Numbered from the stretch's first letter, positions 9,053 through 18,887 are shown. The stretch is 64,000 nt of DNA from an uncultured Desulfosarcina sp. (GCA_963674945.2 CAXXWQ010000003.1:1920001-1984000), one strand, 5' to 3'. The notes: a model not told the origin generated them from the sequence alone. Translations and numbers: made by a program.

Positions 9053-11521
9053 ATGACACCCACCAGCTGTGATCTATGCGGACTGCCCCTTCGCTACGGT
9101 GCGATCCCCCACACCGTCCAAAATACGAAGCTTCTTTTCTGCTGTCAGGGATGCCGGATGGTCTACACCATGCTGCTGGAATCGGCCGAGGTGAGTGATC
9201 CCTCCCGATTCCGAGAAAGTGACCTGTTTAAACAGTGCGTGGCAGCCGGGGTAATTCCGGCCGACGAAGCGGATCTGAAACGCCTGCAGGATGACAAGCC
9301 GGCCGCCGAGCAAGCCGGTCAACCGGAAACGGCGTCCCACAATCCCGAACCCGAGGGACAACTTCGCGTTGACCTGACGGTGGATGGCATGTGGTGCCCG
9401 GCATGCGCATGGGTGATCGAAACGGCGCTCTCCCGGCTGGAAGGGGTCAGCCGTGCAAACTGCCATTTTTCCACCGATCGGTTGCGCTGCCACTACCGTC
9501 CCGAGCGCACCGACCCTCATCAGATTCGCCTGGTCATCCAACGATTGGGGTATACGGTCCGAGATCCGGACACCAACAGCGCCGGTCAGTCGAATCTGCG
9601 CAGTGAACTCGTACGGTTAGCGATCACCGGACTTCTCTCGGCCAATGTGATGATGCTCTCCTGGGCACTCTATGCTGGTTTCTTTACCGATCTTTCCGGC
9701 GATGCCGTGTTCAAAATCTCTCTGCCCATCTTTCTCATGGCCACGGTGGCGGTCGTTTACGGCGGCGGTCCGATGTTTCGAAAAGCATGGTTCGGCATAA
9801 TACATCTGGCACCGGGAATGGAGACACTGGTGGGGTTGGCCGCTGGCTGTGCCTATGGTTACAGCCTGATCAACTGGCTGCGCGGCAGTATCCACCTTTA
9901 CTTCGACACCGCATGCATGCTGATCACCCTGGTGTTGTTGGGCAAACTGCTCGAGGGGCAGGCCCGCAGCCGCGTACGCAGTGACCTGGATCATTTTTTC
10001 GCCATGCAACCGGCCAAGGCCCGCGTCCTCGCCCCCAATTGGCCATCGGGCCGCTGGGTGGCCATCGACCTGATCGCCGCCGGGGACCGGATTGTTGTCA
10101 AAAAGGATGAAATCGTGCCGGTGGACGGCCGGGTGGCATCCGGCCGCGCATCCATCGATGAATCCGCGCTGACCGGAGAAGCGCGCCCAAAAACTGTGCG
10201 TGCCGGCGAACCGATCAAGAGCGGCACCCGGATCGTAGACGGTCGGGTGGTGGCCATCGTCGACGCCATCGGCACGGCCACCGTTCTCGGCCAGATGATC
10301 ACGATCATGACAAACAGCCTTGCGCAAAAAAGCGAATTCGAAGGCCGCACGGATCGCATGCTACGCTGGTTCGTTCCCGTGATCGTCGTGCTGGCCATGG
10401 GCACAGGTCTGGCTTGGATCCTGGTAGGACTTCACCTGGATCAGGCCCTGGTGCGCGCGGTGACCGTATTGGTCATCTCTTGCCCTTGCGCCCTTGGCGT
10501 GGCCATCCCCATGGCGCGGCTGGCCGGCGTTTCCATGGCCGGACGCAGGGGCATCCTGGTTCGCGAAATCGAGGCCTTTGAACGGGCGGGCAGCGTGGAC
10601 ACCATTGTCTTCGATAAGACCGGCACCCTCACCAACGGCCGCTGGGAAGTGATGGGTGTCGATGTCACGCAGGGAATCGATCCGGAAACGGCCATCGGCT
10701 GGGCCGCCGGTCTGGAGAAAGAAGCGGATCATGAAGTCGCACGGGCCATCATCGCCCATGCAAAACACTGGAAAATCCCCATTCCAGCGGCAACCGATGT
10801 TCGCGTCCATTCCAACGGTATCATCGGCCGCGTGGACAATCGCAGGATGGCCATCGGCGGTGACCGGTTCATCGGGGAAAAAACAGATGCGGCACCCGGC
10901 CCGGTGGGTGAAGAAATCGAAGGGCCGACCTCATCTGTTTTTCTGGAAGTCGACGGCCGGCAAATCGCGACGTTCTATTTTGGCGACACGATCCGTTCGA
11001 CAGTTCCGGAACTGATCCAAAGGTTGAAGAAGGAATACAAAAAGATCGCCATCGTATCCGGTGATGGTGAAACCGCGACCCGGCAATTGGCCCGAATCAT
11101 CGATATTGCGGACGCAAAGGGAAATTTGCTGCCTTCGGACAAGGCCGATTACATCGATGCGCTTACCCGAAAAGGCCGTTGGCCGGCCATGGTGGGAGAC
11201 GGGATCAACGATGCCGCGGCCATGGCGCGCGCGCACCTTTCCGTCGCCGTACACAGCGGTCAGGCACTGGCCGCCGAGGTTGCCCACCTCACACTCATGC
11301 GCGGGAACCCGGCCCAGCTTACGGATTTTTTCCGCCTATCCCGGAACGTCAACCGAAAGGTGATGCAGAACCTGTGGTGCGCCTGGATCTATAATCTCAT
11401 CGGCATTCCGGTGGCTGCAAGCGGATTGTTGACCCCTCTTTGGGCCGCCACGGCAATGCTTCTCTCCAGCTTGACGGTCATCGGAAATACCCTGCTGCTG
11501 GTCCGGCGAAACCGGCCTTGA
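9053..11521 (+). CDS. ccoI: Copper-translocating P1B ATPase for cbb3 maturation (CcoI/FixI)
   Basis: N-terminal CDLC..FCCQGC, HMA CPAC, TGEA, CPC, DKTGTLT, MVGDGIND and YN motifs; in the cco cluster. Confidence 0.88.
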   Translation: MTPTSCDLCGLPLRYGAIPHTVQNTKLLFCCQGCRMVYTMLLESAEVSDPSRFRESDLFKQCVAAGVIPADEADLKRLQDDKPAAEQAGQPETASHNPEPEGQLRVDLTVDGMWCPACAWVIETALSRLEGVSRANCHFSTDRLRCHYRPERTDPHQIRLVIQRLGYTVRDPDTNSAGQSNLRSELVRLAITGLLSANVMMLSWALYAGFFTDLSGDAVFKISLPIFLMATVAVVYGGGPMFRKAWFGIIHLAPGMETLVGLAAGCAYGYSLINWLRGSIHLYFDTACMLITLVLLGKLLEGQARSRVRSDLDHFFAMQPAKARVLAPNWPSGRWVAIDLIAAGDRIVVKKDEIVPVDGRVASGRASIDESALTGEARPKTVRAGEPIKSGTRIVDGRVVAIVDAIGTATVLGQMITIMTNSLAQKSEFEGRTDRMLRWFVPVIVVLAMGTGLAWILVGLHLDQALVRAVTVLVISCPCALGVAIPMARLAGVSMAGRRGILVREIEAFERAGSVDTIVFDKTGTLTNGRWEVMGVDVTQGIDPETAIGWAAGLEKEADHEVARAIIAHAKHWKIPIPAATDVRVHSNGIIGRVDNRRMAIGGDRFIGEKTDAAPGPVGEEIEGPTSSVFLEVDGRQIATFYFGDTIRSTVPELIQRLKKEYKKIAIVSGDGETATRQLARIIDIADAKGNLLPSDKADYIDALTRKGRWPAMVGDGINDAAAMARAHLSVAVHSGQALAAEVAHLTLMRGNPAQLTDFFRLSRNVNRKVMQNLWCAWIYNLIGIPVAASGLLTPLWAATAMLLSSLTVIGNTLLLVRRNRP

Positions 11522-11618
11522 CAAACCTGAAAAAAGGAACCATTTATATTTCCTTATGCACGTTATCTCGTAAGTCGGATACCGGATAACGGCGGAAACC
11601 CACAGAAAGAGGTAAAAC

Positions 11619-13319
11619 ATGGCCCAGAACATCATCATCGTCGGTGGCGTCGCCCTTGGCTCCAAGGCCGCATGCCGATTCAAACGACTGGAACCCCAAT
11701 CCAAGGTCACCATCGTGGACCAAGACCGATTCGTCTCCTATGGGGGATGTGGTATACCATTCTATGTCTCCGGCGATGTCAGTGACGTCGATGATTTGCG
11801 CAAAACCAGCTTTCACATGCTGCGCGACGAGGCATTTTTTAAAAATTGCAAAGATATCGAGGTTCGCACACAAACCCGTGCACTTCGCATCGACAGGGAA
11901 AACAAGCAACTTCACATTCAAGGACCAGACGGCCGGCAGGAGGCGCTGGATTACGACCAACTGGTACTGGGAACCGGAAGCCGCCCCCGACGCCTGCCGA
12001 TACCGGGTACAGAACTTCCCATGGTTCATACCTGTACCAACCTCAACGACGCCCAGGCCATTAAGGATCTGGTCACCAATGGTCAGGTGGAACGGGCCGT
12101 CATCGTCGGCGGAGGCTTCATCGGTATCGAGATGGCCGAGGCCCTGGCCGACATGTGGGAGGTGGAAACCACCGTCATCGAATACTTCGACCAGATCATG
12201 CCCGGTTTCGTGAGCCCCCAGTTCGCCCGAATGGCCCAGAGCGAGATGGAGAAAAACGGCGTTCACTTCCTGGTCGGTGAAGAGGTGAAGGCCATCGAAG
12301 GCAAAGAGAGCGTCGAAGCCGTGGTGACGAACAAACGCCGATTGGAGACGGACCTGGTGATCATGGCCATCGGTGCCGTCCCCAATGTAGACCTGGCGAA
12401 AGAAGCGGGTCTGCGCATCGGAACCACCGGTGCCATCGTCGTGGATGAACACATGCGCACCTCCGACCCCGTGATCTATGCCGGGGGGGATTGTGCCGAA
12501 ATTCCCAACCTGGTCACCGGAAAGCCGGGATATTATCCTCTGGGCTCCATGGCCAACCGCCAGGGCCGTGTGATCGGAACCAATCTGGCAGGTGGAAATG
12601 CCGTGTTCAAGGGCGCGGTCGGCTCATTCGTGATCAAAACCTTCGAGGCGGCCCTGGCCGGCACCGGCTTGAGCCTGGAAATGGCGAAAAGAGGGGATTT
12701 CGATGCGGTGAGTGTCCAGGTGGCGCAGCTGGATCGGGCCCATTTTTATCCCGGCAAGGCCATGATGCACCTGGAACTGGTCGTGGAGAGAAAATCCCGG
12801 CGCATTCTCGGCATCCAGGGATTTGGAGATGACGGGAATTCCGTCGTGGGACGCATCAACATGGTGGCCGCCATCCTGGAAGACCACCCCACCATCGATC
12901 GCCTCAGCAACCTGGAACTGGCCTACTCGCCGCCATTTTCATCGGCCATGGACGTTCTCAATGCTCTGGCGAACACCGCCGAGAACATGCTGGACGGCCT
13001 TTACCGGCCCATCGATGCGAAGGGTTTTTCCGAAAAATGGGCCAATGGAGACGGCAATCTGCTGATCCTCGACTGCCGTGCCAGGCAGGACGGTGAGGCC
13101 TATGCCAATAAATATCCGGAACGTTGGATCAACATCCCCCAGGATGAGCTGCGGCGACGCATCTCCGAGATCCCCCCGGACAAGGACCTGATCCTTATCT
13201 GCAATACCGGTGTCCGGTCCTACGAGGCCCAACTCAACCTGAAGGAGATGGGGTGCGGCGATGCGGTCAGCGTGCAAGGGGGAATTGTGACGCTGAACAA
13301 GTGCGGCCTGGATTTATAA
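11619..13319 (+). CDS. FAD-dependent CoA-disulfide/persulfide reductase with C-terminal rhodanese domain
   Basis: N-terminal FAD Rossmann fold, SYGGCG redox Cys, GGGFIG, AYSPPFS and rhodanese ICNTGVRS. Confidence 0.85.
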   Translation: MAQNIIIVGGVALGSKAACRFKRLEPQSKVTIVDQDRFVSYGGCGIPFYVSGDVSDVDDLRKTSFHMLRDEAFFKNCKDIEVRTQTRALRIDRENKQLHIQGPDGRQEALDYDQLVLGTGSRPRRLPIPGTELPMVHTCTNLNDAQAIKDLVTNGQVERAVIVGGGFIGIEMAEALADMWEVETTVIEYFDQIMPGFVSPQFARMAQSEMEKNGVHFLVGEEVKAIEGKESVEAVVTNKRRLETDLVIMAIGAVPNVDLAKEAGLRIGTTGAIVVDEHMRTSDPVIYAGGDCAEIPNLVTGKPGYYPLGSMANRQGRVIGTNLAGGNAVFKGAVGSFVIKTFEAALAGTGLSLEMAKRGDFDAVSVQVAQLDRAHFYPGKAMMHLELVVERKSRRILGIQGFGDDGNSVVGRINMVAAILEDHPTIDRLSNLELAYSPPFSSAMDVLNALANTAENMLDGLYRPIDAKGFSEKWANGDGNLLILDCRARQDGEAYANKYPERWINIPQDELRRRISEIPPDKDLILICNTGVRSYEAQLNLKEMGCGDAVSVQGGIVTLNKCGLDL

Positions 13320-13337
13320 TCTATTTCATTTTCATCC

Positions 13338-13365
13338 GTGCGGGTACTCCGACGAGTGCCCGCAC
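13338..13365. repeat. REP-like GC-rich hairpin downstream of the reductase
   Basis: GTGCGGGTACTC-CGAC-GAGTGCCCGCAC. Confidence 0.55.
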
Positions 13366-13580
13366 CGGCCTATCTTCTCTGCTCTTTCGTTTAACGGCCC
13401 CGATCGGACCGCAACCCAGCGGAAAACACGAGCCTTGTATGTTGCGCTGCGACCACCGTTCGCACCCGAGCGCCGGATGACACAGAAAACATGACTTGCC
13501 AAATGGCCGAAAATGAACGATAATTCGGTAATTTTCGTTCCATGATGACGATTTCAAATTTTTTCTAAGAGGAGAAAGAG

Positions 13581-15026
13581 ATGAAAAGACACCTGTTTCT
13601 GATCGTCTGTTCAGCGATTCTGATCACCGCTTGTGCCGCCCCACAGCAGGCAAACATTCCGACGGGCAATCCTGCGGAGCTGGTCAGTCAGTTGGAAACC
13701 AACCTGGCCGAGGCTCGTGCCAATCAGGTGGATGTACTGGCACCGGGATTGTTCAACGATGCCCAAAGCAATTTTAACAAGGCAACGCAGGGGCTGTCGC
13801 AGGGTACCAAATTGTCAAAAATCAATGAATATGTAGCCCAAGGCAATGCTAGTCTGGAAAAAGCATTGGAGATCGCCCAAGTATCCCGAACGATACTGGC
13901 AGAGACAAACAAAGCCAGAGACAAAGCCCTGAAGGTCGGTGCGGACAAACTCGGAAAACCTTACGAGGACGTGCAAAAGCAGTACATGAAATTGACCCAG
14001 GCAATCGAGTCCGACAATTTGAGTTATGCACAAAAAAATGCCGGCAACGTACAGACGGCATTTCGGGAACTCGAAATCATGGCCATCGAACAGGATGCGC
14101 TGGGAAGTGCCCGGGACATCCTCGCAGATGCACAGGAGAACAAAATCCCGAAGATCGCTCCGTCCGCATATGATGATGCCACCGGTGCCATAAGCCAGGC
14201 GGAAACCTATATTCGGCAAAATCCCTACGAAAGCGAGAAGATCAGCCAGAAAGGGGCCAATGCGAAATTTCTCGCACAACGGACCATGGTCATTGGAGAA
14301 AGTAGCGAGAAATTCAAGGAGATGTCTCCGGAACAAACCGCTCTTTATCTTGAAAAATTGATGACACAACTGGGCGAGACATTGAAAATCGGAGATATCC
14401 GTGACAAGGATGTCGAGGCCCAGCTTAGTGCATTGACGGGTGCAATCGAGAACATTGACCATAAAAATCAGGCGCTCGAAAAAGAAAATCAACAATACCA
14501 GGACCAGATTGCCGATCTGAACAAACAACTGGAAGGGATTCAAGGATATGCCAGTGCGCAAGAGGCGGCCAAACGCCGATTGGCCGCAGAACGAGCATTC
14601 AACGAACGCTTCAATGAAGTACAGCACTTTTTCCGGCCCGAGGAGGCGGAAGTGTACAAGCAGGGCGGCCAACTGGTCATCCGATTGAAGGGAATCAAAT
14701 TCCCGGTGGGACAGGCAACCTTGACGCCGGATAATTATACCCTGCTCAGCAAAGTGCAGCAGGCCATTCAAACCTTCGAAAAACCGACCGTCACCGTAGA
14801 GGGACACACGGACAGTACCGGTTCGACAATGACAAACATGGCACTTTCCCAGCAGCGCGCAGAGGCAGTGATGACCTACTTGATCGCCAACAACACTTTG
14901 CCCGAAAACCGAATCAAGGCAACCGGTTATGGTCCAGACCGGCCACTGGCACCCAACACCACACCCGAAGGAAGGGCCATCAACCGGCGCATCGACGTCT
15001 TGATTTCTCCCTCCCAGACGCCATAA
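13581..15026 (+). CDS. OmpA-family peptidoglycan-binding lipoprotein with a long helical/coiled-coil N-terminal region
   Basis: Lipobox LITAC; VEGHTDS...LSQQRAEAV...GRAINRRID OmpA C-terminal motifs. Confidence 0.9.
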   Translation: MKRHLFLIVCSAILITACAAPQQANIPTGNPAELVSQLETNLAEARANQVDVLAPGLFNDAQSNFNKATQGLSQGTKLSKINEYVAQGNASLEKALEIAQVSRTILAETNKARDKALKVGADKLGKPYEDVQKQYMKLTQAIESDNLSYAQKNAGNVQTAFRELEIMAIEQDALGSARDILADAQENKIPKIAPSAYDDATGAISQAETYIRQNPYESEKISQKGANAKFLAQRTMVIGESSEKFKEMSPEQTALYLEKLMTQLGETLKIGDIRDKDVEAQLSALTGAIENIDHKNQALEKENQQYQDQIADLNKQLEGIQGYASAQEAAKRRLAAERAFNERFNEVQHFFRPEEAEVYKQGGQLVIRLKGIKFPVGQATLTPDNYTLLSKVQQAIQTFEKPTVTVEGHTDSTGSTMTNMALSQQRAEAVMTYLIANNTLPENRIKATGYGPDRPLAPNTTPEGRAINRRIDVLISPSQTP

Positions 15027-15069
15027 CCTTGTATTTCCGGATCTTTCGTTTTCGAAAAAAACGCACGGC

Positions 15070-15112
15070 AAACCGACCAGGAGGTTCCATCCCCTGGTCG
15101 GTTTCTCTTTTT
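15070..15112 (+). terminator. Rho-independent terminator
   Basis: AAACCGACCAGG...CCTGGTCGGTTT stem followed by a T-rich tract. Confidence 0.7.
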
Positions 15113-15156
15113 CAGTTGGGGAAAACAGGAAAAGAATGAAATTTTTTTCATGATCA

Positions 15157-15251
15157 TTGGGTAATTTACTACCCAAAAGAACGACCCGATATCTGTACAC
15201 CATCATAACCATCCGATTTTACTAAGGAGTTTAAATGGAATGGATTTTGCT
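15157..15251 (+). promoter_or_regulatory. Putative sigma54 promoter with upstream palindromic activator site
   Basis: TGGAATGGATTTTGCT (GG-N10-GC, 15236-15251); TTGGGTA-N6-TACCCAA (15157-15176). Confidence 0.5.
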
Positions 15252-15355
15252 GTTCCAGGGAATGTGGCGTGACCGGCCGGCCATGGGCAAAGTGTAAATC
15301 GGAGTGTGAAAAGCCTTCAACTGTAAATGACATTGGAGGAGAGGAGCGAAAACGG

Positions 15356-15823
15356 ATGGCGGATTATTCGGGTTTGGAGAGACGATGTGGAAAAGATCGC
15401 CGCATACAGAATCTACCGATCACAAAGAGGTTGTTTTTCAAGGGATCAAGAACATCCGGCCGACGCCGCGAAGACCGCACCCAGGTCGTCCTGTTGGATC
15501 GGTATAAGCCATCCCTGGTCATGATCACAGCCTTGATTTTAGGGCTGAGCCTGTTGGACGCCATTCTCACCCTTACACTCATCTCCAAGGGCGCCCATGA
15601 AGTCAACCCCTTCATGCGGTATTGTCTGGGACACGGCGCACACGCTTTTTTACTCGTCAAATACAGTCTGACCGCCCTCTCGGCGCTGATTATTGTCATC
15701 TGCCATGAAGCCATCGTCACGCGCTATCGGCTGGCATCCGGCATCCTGCCTTTTTTCGCCACGGCATTCGGTTGCGTGGTGGTCTGGGAGTTCTATCTGT
15801 TGTCGATCGCGGGTTGCAGGTAG
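15356..15823 (+). CDS. DUF5658-like membrane protein with N-terminal ERRxGxDRR motifs
   Basis: LSLLDAILT...GAHEVNPFM...FLLVKY; Arg-rich N-terminus. Confidence 0.7.
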   Translation: MADYSGLERRCGKDRRIQNLPITKRLFFKGSRTSGRRREDRTQVVLLDRYKPSLVMITALILGLSLLDAILTLTLISKGAHEVNPFMRYCLGHGAHAFLLVKYSLTALSALIIVICHEAIVTRYRLASGILPFFATAFGCVVVWEFYLLSIAGCR

Positions 15824-15850
15824 TTTTTGTTCACAATGTGTCCGCTAAAT

Positions 15851-15909
15851 GACGAACGGCTGGACTCTATGGCGAGGGAACCGAGTCCATAGCAGCCCAT
15901 TGGTTAACC
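15851..15909 (-). mobile_element. Integron attC site (59 bp) closing the toxin-antitoxin cassette
   Basis: Minus strand GGTTAAC-CAATGGGCTGCTATGGACTCGG..CGCCATAGAGTCCAGCC-GTTCGTC; R'' overlaps the toxin stop; paired L boxes CTATGG/CCATAG. Confidence 0.75.
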
Positions 15910-16242
15910 GCCAATTATTTCATTCAAACCGTCAATAATAAGAGCCAATTCTTCATCAGATGCTTTTGCCACTTTCTTGCCGATCCGTTTTGTAGAAAGG
16001 ATTCGAATTTGACTGATTTTTACCCAAGAATTTTTGGGTAGCTTGGTATCCGATAGTTCTATGGTCAACGGATAGCCGGCCCTTTGTGGCTGACTGGTGA
16101 TCGCCACAGCAATGACAGTCCCTGATCTGTCGTTGAACACATTGTGGCTTAAAATAAGAACAGGGCGAAACCCGCCCTGTTCACTACCAATTACTGGATT
16201 TAAATCTGCCCAGTATATATCACCCCTTAGTATTCTGGCCAT
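15904..16242 (-). CDS. mazF: MazF/PemK endoribonuclease toxin
   Basis: [27 protein letters not shown]...AITS. Confidence 0.92.
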   Translation of the reverse strand: MARILRGDIYWADLNPVIGSEQGGFRPVLILSHNVFNDRSGTVIAVAITSQPQRAGYPLTIELSDTKLPKNSWVKISQIRILSTKRIGKKVAKASDEELALIIDGLNEIIGG

Positions 16243-16469
16243 TCTTCCAACTCCGACGAGAAGCCCTCCTCTGCTAGGGATTGTTCGAATTCTGGATCTA
16301 ACTTAGCGCACTCCTTGGCAAGACGGCTTTTCTCAATACGCATTAATTTTTCGGTAACAGCCTCCTGAATAGCTTTGCTGCGATTCGGAAAAAATTTCGA
16401 TTTGACAAGAATATCTAAACGTTTAAGTGTGTTGTCATCAATTGTAATTGCAATTTTAGATGCTGCCAT
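16227..16469 (-). CDS. Ribbon-helix-helix (CopG/NikR-type) antitoxin
   Basis: KIAITID...[10 protein letters not shown]; overlaps the toxin start; RBS GGAGGTG. Confidence 0.85.
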   Translation of the reverse strand: MAASKIAITIDDNTLKRLDILVKSKFFPNRSKAIQEAVTEKLMRIEKSRLAKECAKLDPEFEQSLAEEGFSSELEEWPEY

Positions 16470-16482
16470 TTTAGTCACCTCC

Positions 16483-16517
16483 GGTATGACAATATATCAT
16501 ACCATGGCGCTTTGCAA
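16483..16517 (-). promoter_or_regulatory. Toxin-antitoxin cassette promoter with palindromic operator
   Basis: TTGCAA-17 nt-TATTGT on the minus strand; GGTATGA-N7-TCATACC palindrome (16483-16503) overlaps the -10 box. Confidence 0.6.
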
Positions 16518-16540
16518 GCTTAATTTGCCTGGCGGTTAAT

Positions 16541-16607
16541 GCCGAACGCCATGCTCACTGGAGAGGGCCGCTTTTTGGCCTGAATCCAGTGAAGCAAAAG
16601 GTTATGT
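16541..16607 (-). mobile_element. Integron attC site (67 bp) closing the HEPN cassette
   Basis: Minus strand ACATAAC-CTTTTGCTTCACTGGA..GGCC AAAAAGC GGCC..TCCAGTGAGCATGGC-GTTCGGC; R'' overlaps the HEPN stop. Confidence 0.8.
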
Positions 16608-17102
16608 TTTTCTTCTTAAGTTTGCTAATACAGACCCGACTTCCGACAGGAATAGCATGAGTTTAACCGCAGTGACTTTACAGCGGAATGTAATATTTCC
16701 CCAGGACTCATTCCAAAAGGTAAAATTCATATTTTCATCGATTTCGTAATTGGCGTGAGCGACTGAATTGCGAAGTTTGTGCAATAAATTGTATTTGAAG
16801 TCAGAGTCGAAATCCGGATCTTTCCGAGACTGGATCTGGAATGACTCTCGAAGTTTTCTTTCATCGATCTTGGTGAGAACTGGATGCGCTTTGTCTTTTT
16901 CAATCCATATTTCTTTGGGAACTATTAAAAGGCAATATAATAGTGACGCTACATGCGCCTGATTCATATAATCGTATCCATTTAATTCATAGAGCGCACA
17001 TATGGAATTGACAGCTTCGACCCAATCGCCGGTCCTCTGAGCCTCTTGTACAATTTGTGCATTTATGAATGCCCGCTGAGGGATCTCTTCGGTAAGTTTC
17101 AT
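16602..17102 (-). CDS. HEPN-domain putative RNase (pEK499_p136-like), gene cassette
   Basis: LYCLLIVPKE and RNSVAH (Rx4H) motifs; AT-rich; bounded by GTTATGG (17128-17122) and an attC. Confidence 0.7.
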   Translation of the reverse strand: MKLTEEIPQRAFINAQIVQEAQRTGDWVEAVNSICALYELNGYDYMNQAHVASLLYCLLIVPKEIWIEKDKAHPVLTKIDERKLRESFQIQSRKDPDFDSDFKYNLLHKLRNSVAHANYEIDENMNFTFWNESWGNITFRCKVTAVKLMLFLSEVGSVLANLRRKT

Positions 17103-17234
17103 TTCCTTCCATCATCACTGACCATAACAAAGGTTCATGTTGCTTGGGACGGTGATGGTGGCGTGGAATGAAATTCCCCAACTCTGTTTCATTTAGCTAC
17201 AGGAAACCGCTATATCAATGAAATAAAAGGAATT

Positions 17235-17786
17235 TCATTCGGATTCTTCCGGCGAAACAATATTCAGGTCGGAACGCTCCTCCTCCGGTTCATTTGTTCC
17301 GCTTCCGGAATCATCCTGGTCAACGGATTCGTTCGGTTCGACATTACCCTCTTCAAGCCCCTGTATATCCATCGACCTGTCGCCAGGACTGGGTATCGGT
17401 TCGGGTTGTGGCGGCTGTGAAAAGGAAATCGCGTTTGTCGAGCTGCCTTTCTCGCTTTTTCCGAACACTTTGATGACGATGGTGTGATCCGATTCCCAGA
17501 TGATGGTGTGATTAAGACTCTTGAGCAGACGTTTGAGCCCCTTTTCCAACGGCAAGTTGATAATCGTGGCACTCACCGGGTGGGACTGCCACGCCGGGCT
17601 GAGATGAAATTGGTAGCCGGTTTCTTCTGAAATGGTATCGAGGACATCGGCCAACGGTTCGTCCTTGACCGTCAGGCTGATCACGGGGTCCGCCTCTTTC
17701 TCCTGGGCCATGGCCCGCACCATTGCACCATTTCCCAAATGGAAAAAAAGCACCAGAAAAATGATCAAAGGCAATTTTTTTTTCAT
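17235..17786 (-). CDS. Secreted protein with a secretin N0/STN-like domain and acidic tail
   Basis: Signal peptide; ISLTVKDEPLADVLDTISEETGYQF...LEKGLKRLL. Confidence 0.6.
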   Translation of the reverse strand: MKKKLPLIIFLVLFFHLGNGAMVRAMAQEKEADPVISLTVKDEPLADVLDTISEETGYQFHLSPAWQSHPVSATIINLPLEKGLKRLLKSLNHTIIWESDHTIVIKVFGKSEKGSSTNAISFSQPPQPEPIPSPGDRSMDIQGLEEGNVEPNESVDQDDSGSGTNEPEEERSDLNIVSPEESE

Positions 17787-17963
17787 TGGCATATTCCGGT
17801 AATCGGGTCTTGCCGGCCAAGGCGAGGGTAACTATATCGCCATTGGAAAGAGTGTGATATTCATATTCCATTCTTTCGAATTTCTCAATGCTTCAATGGG
17901 GTGTTTCGAAAGAATCGATAGGAAATGGATCGACTGCTGTCACACACATAGGAATGGTCCGAC

Positions 17964-18854
17964 GTGCCAAAAGATATAAGGGATATCCAATACATCACAC
18001 CGGCTTCTATACAAAAGCTGAATTTCGTCCGTTCATCACCGTCGTACACGTTGCGGCGGCACTACCGGCAAGGACTTCGCTCCCATATTCTGGAAATCCT
18101 CGACCCATCCGATGTCGCGTTGGAAAAAAATGGCGTGGAACTCGACGGTATCCGTTGGTTTCCACGGGCAAAGCCGAAAATGATGTTTCGTATCTTTCGA
18201 ACCCGGCTGAAATCACTGGAAGATGGCCTGGAAGAGATCGAGAGGGTGAGAATCGTGGAGCGGTACCTGGCGCCGAATTTCATGGCAGTTTCCACCGAAT
18301 GCATCGTGGACTACCGGAAGCCTGTGGGAAGGGAACTTTTGCTGTGCGGTTTCCAGGAGTTCATGGAGGGGGTGGTTCTGGATCCGTGGACTGTTCTGGA
18401 AACGGACGAACTGCTCTCTTCCCTCTACGAGGCATGCAGAACCGGAAACGATGCGAACCTTCTTCCGCGAAAGGCGTGGTTTGCAGCGATCAAAAAAAAC
18501 GGCAACCGATTCGTCGGAAACATTAAGCGGATGATCACCCAAACCGGTCATATTCCCGATCTCGCAGGTGTCGGAAACCTGATCCTTACCCCCATGGGTG
18601 GCATTCGCCTGGTGGATATCAACAATATCTCTCCCATTGCCTTTGCGAATTCGATCCCCACAGACGAAAAAGGCTACCCCGTGTGCGACAAATCGGTGGA
18701 GGCCCTTTCCCTTATCGAGAGGAAAATCGTGGGGCACCCCGTAGACATGAACGAAAAACTATACGAATGGTTTCTCGCCCCCGGAAGGCGGGAAGCGGTC
18801 AAGGAGAAAGAGGCACGATTCTGGCGGATGAAGGCAGGTGACCGTCCGGATTGA
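17964..18854 (+). CDS. Hypothetical protein, possible kinase-like fold
   Basis: 296-aa ORF; HIPDLAGVGNLIL...IRLVDINN resembles catalytic-loop and Mg-binding motifs. Confidence 0.6.
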   Translation: MPKDIRDIQYITPASIQKLNFVRSSPSYTLRRHYRQGLRSHILEILDPSDVALEKNGVELDGIRWFPRAKPKMMFRIFRTRLKSLEDGLEEIERVRIVERYLAPNFMAVSTECIVDYRKPVGRELLLCGFQEFMEGVVLDPWTVLETDELLSSLYEACRTGNDANLLPRKAWFAAIKKNGNRFVGNIKRMITQTGHIPDLAGVGNLILTPMGGIRLVDINNISPIAFANSIPTDEKGYPVCDKSVEALSLIERKIVGHPVDMNEKLYEWFLAPGRREAVKEKEARFWRMKAGDRPD

Positions 18855-18887
18855 TACACGCCGACATTGCAACGATGGGGTAAAGGT

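Noticed and set aside
239..14061. Many long antisense or alternate-frame ORFs (for example 239-1195, 5988-6974, 11544-12452)
   Set aside because: Shadows of well-supported genes in GC-rich DNA, with no recognisable motifs
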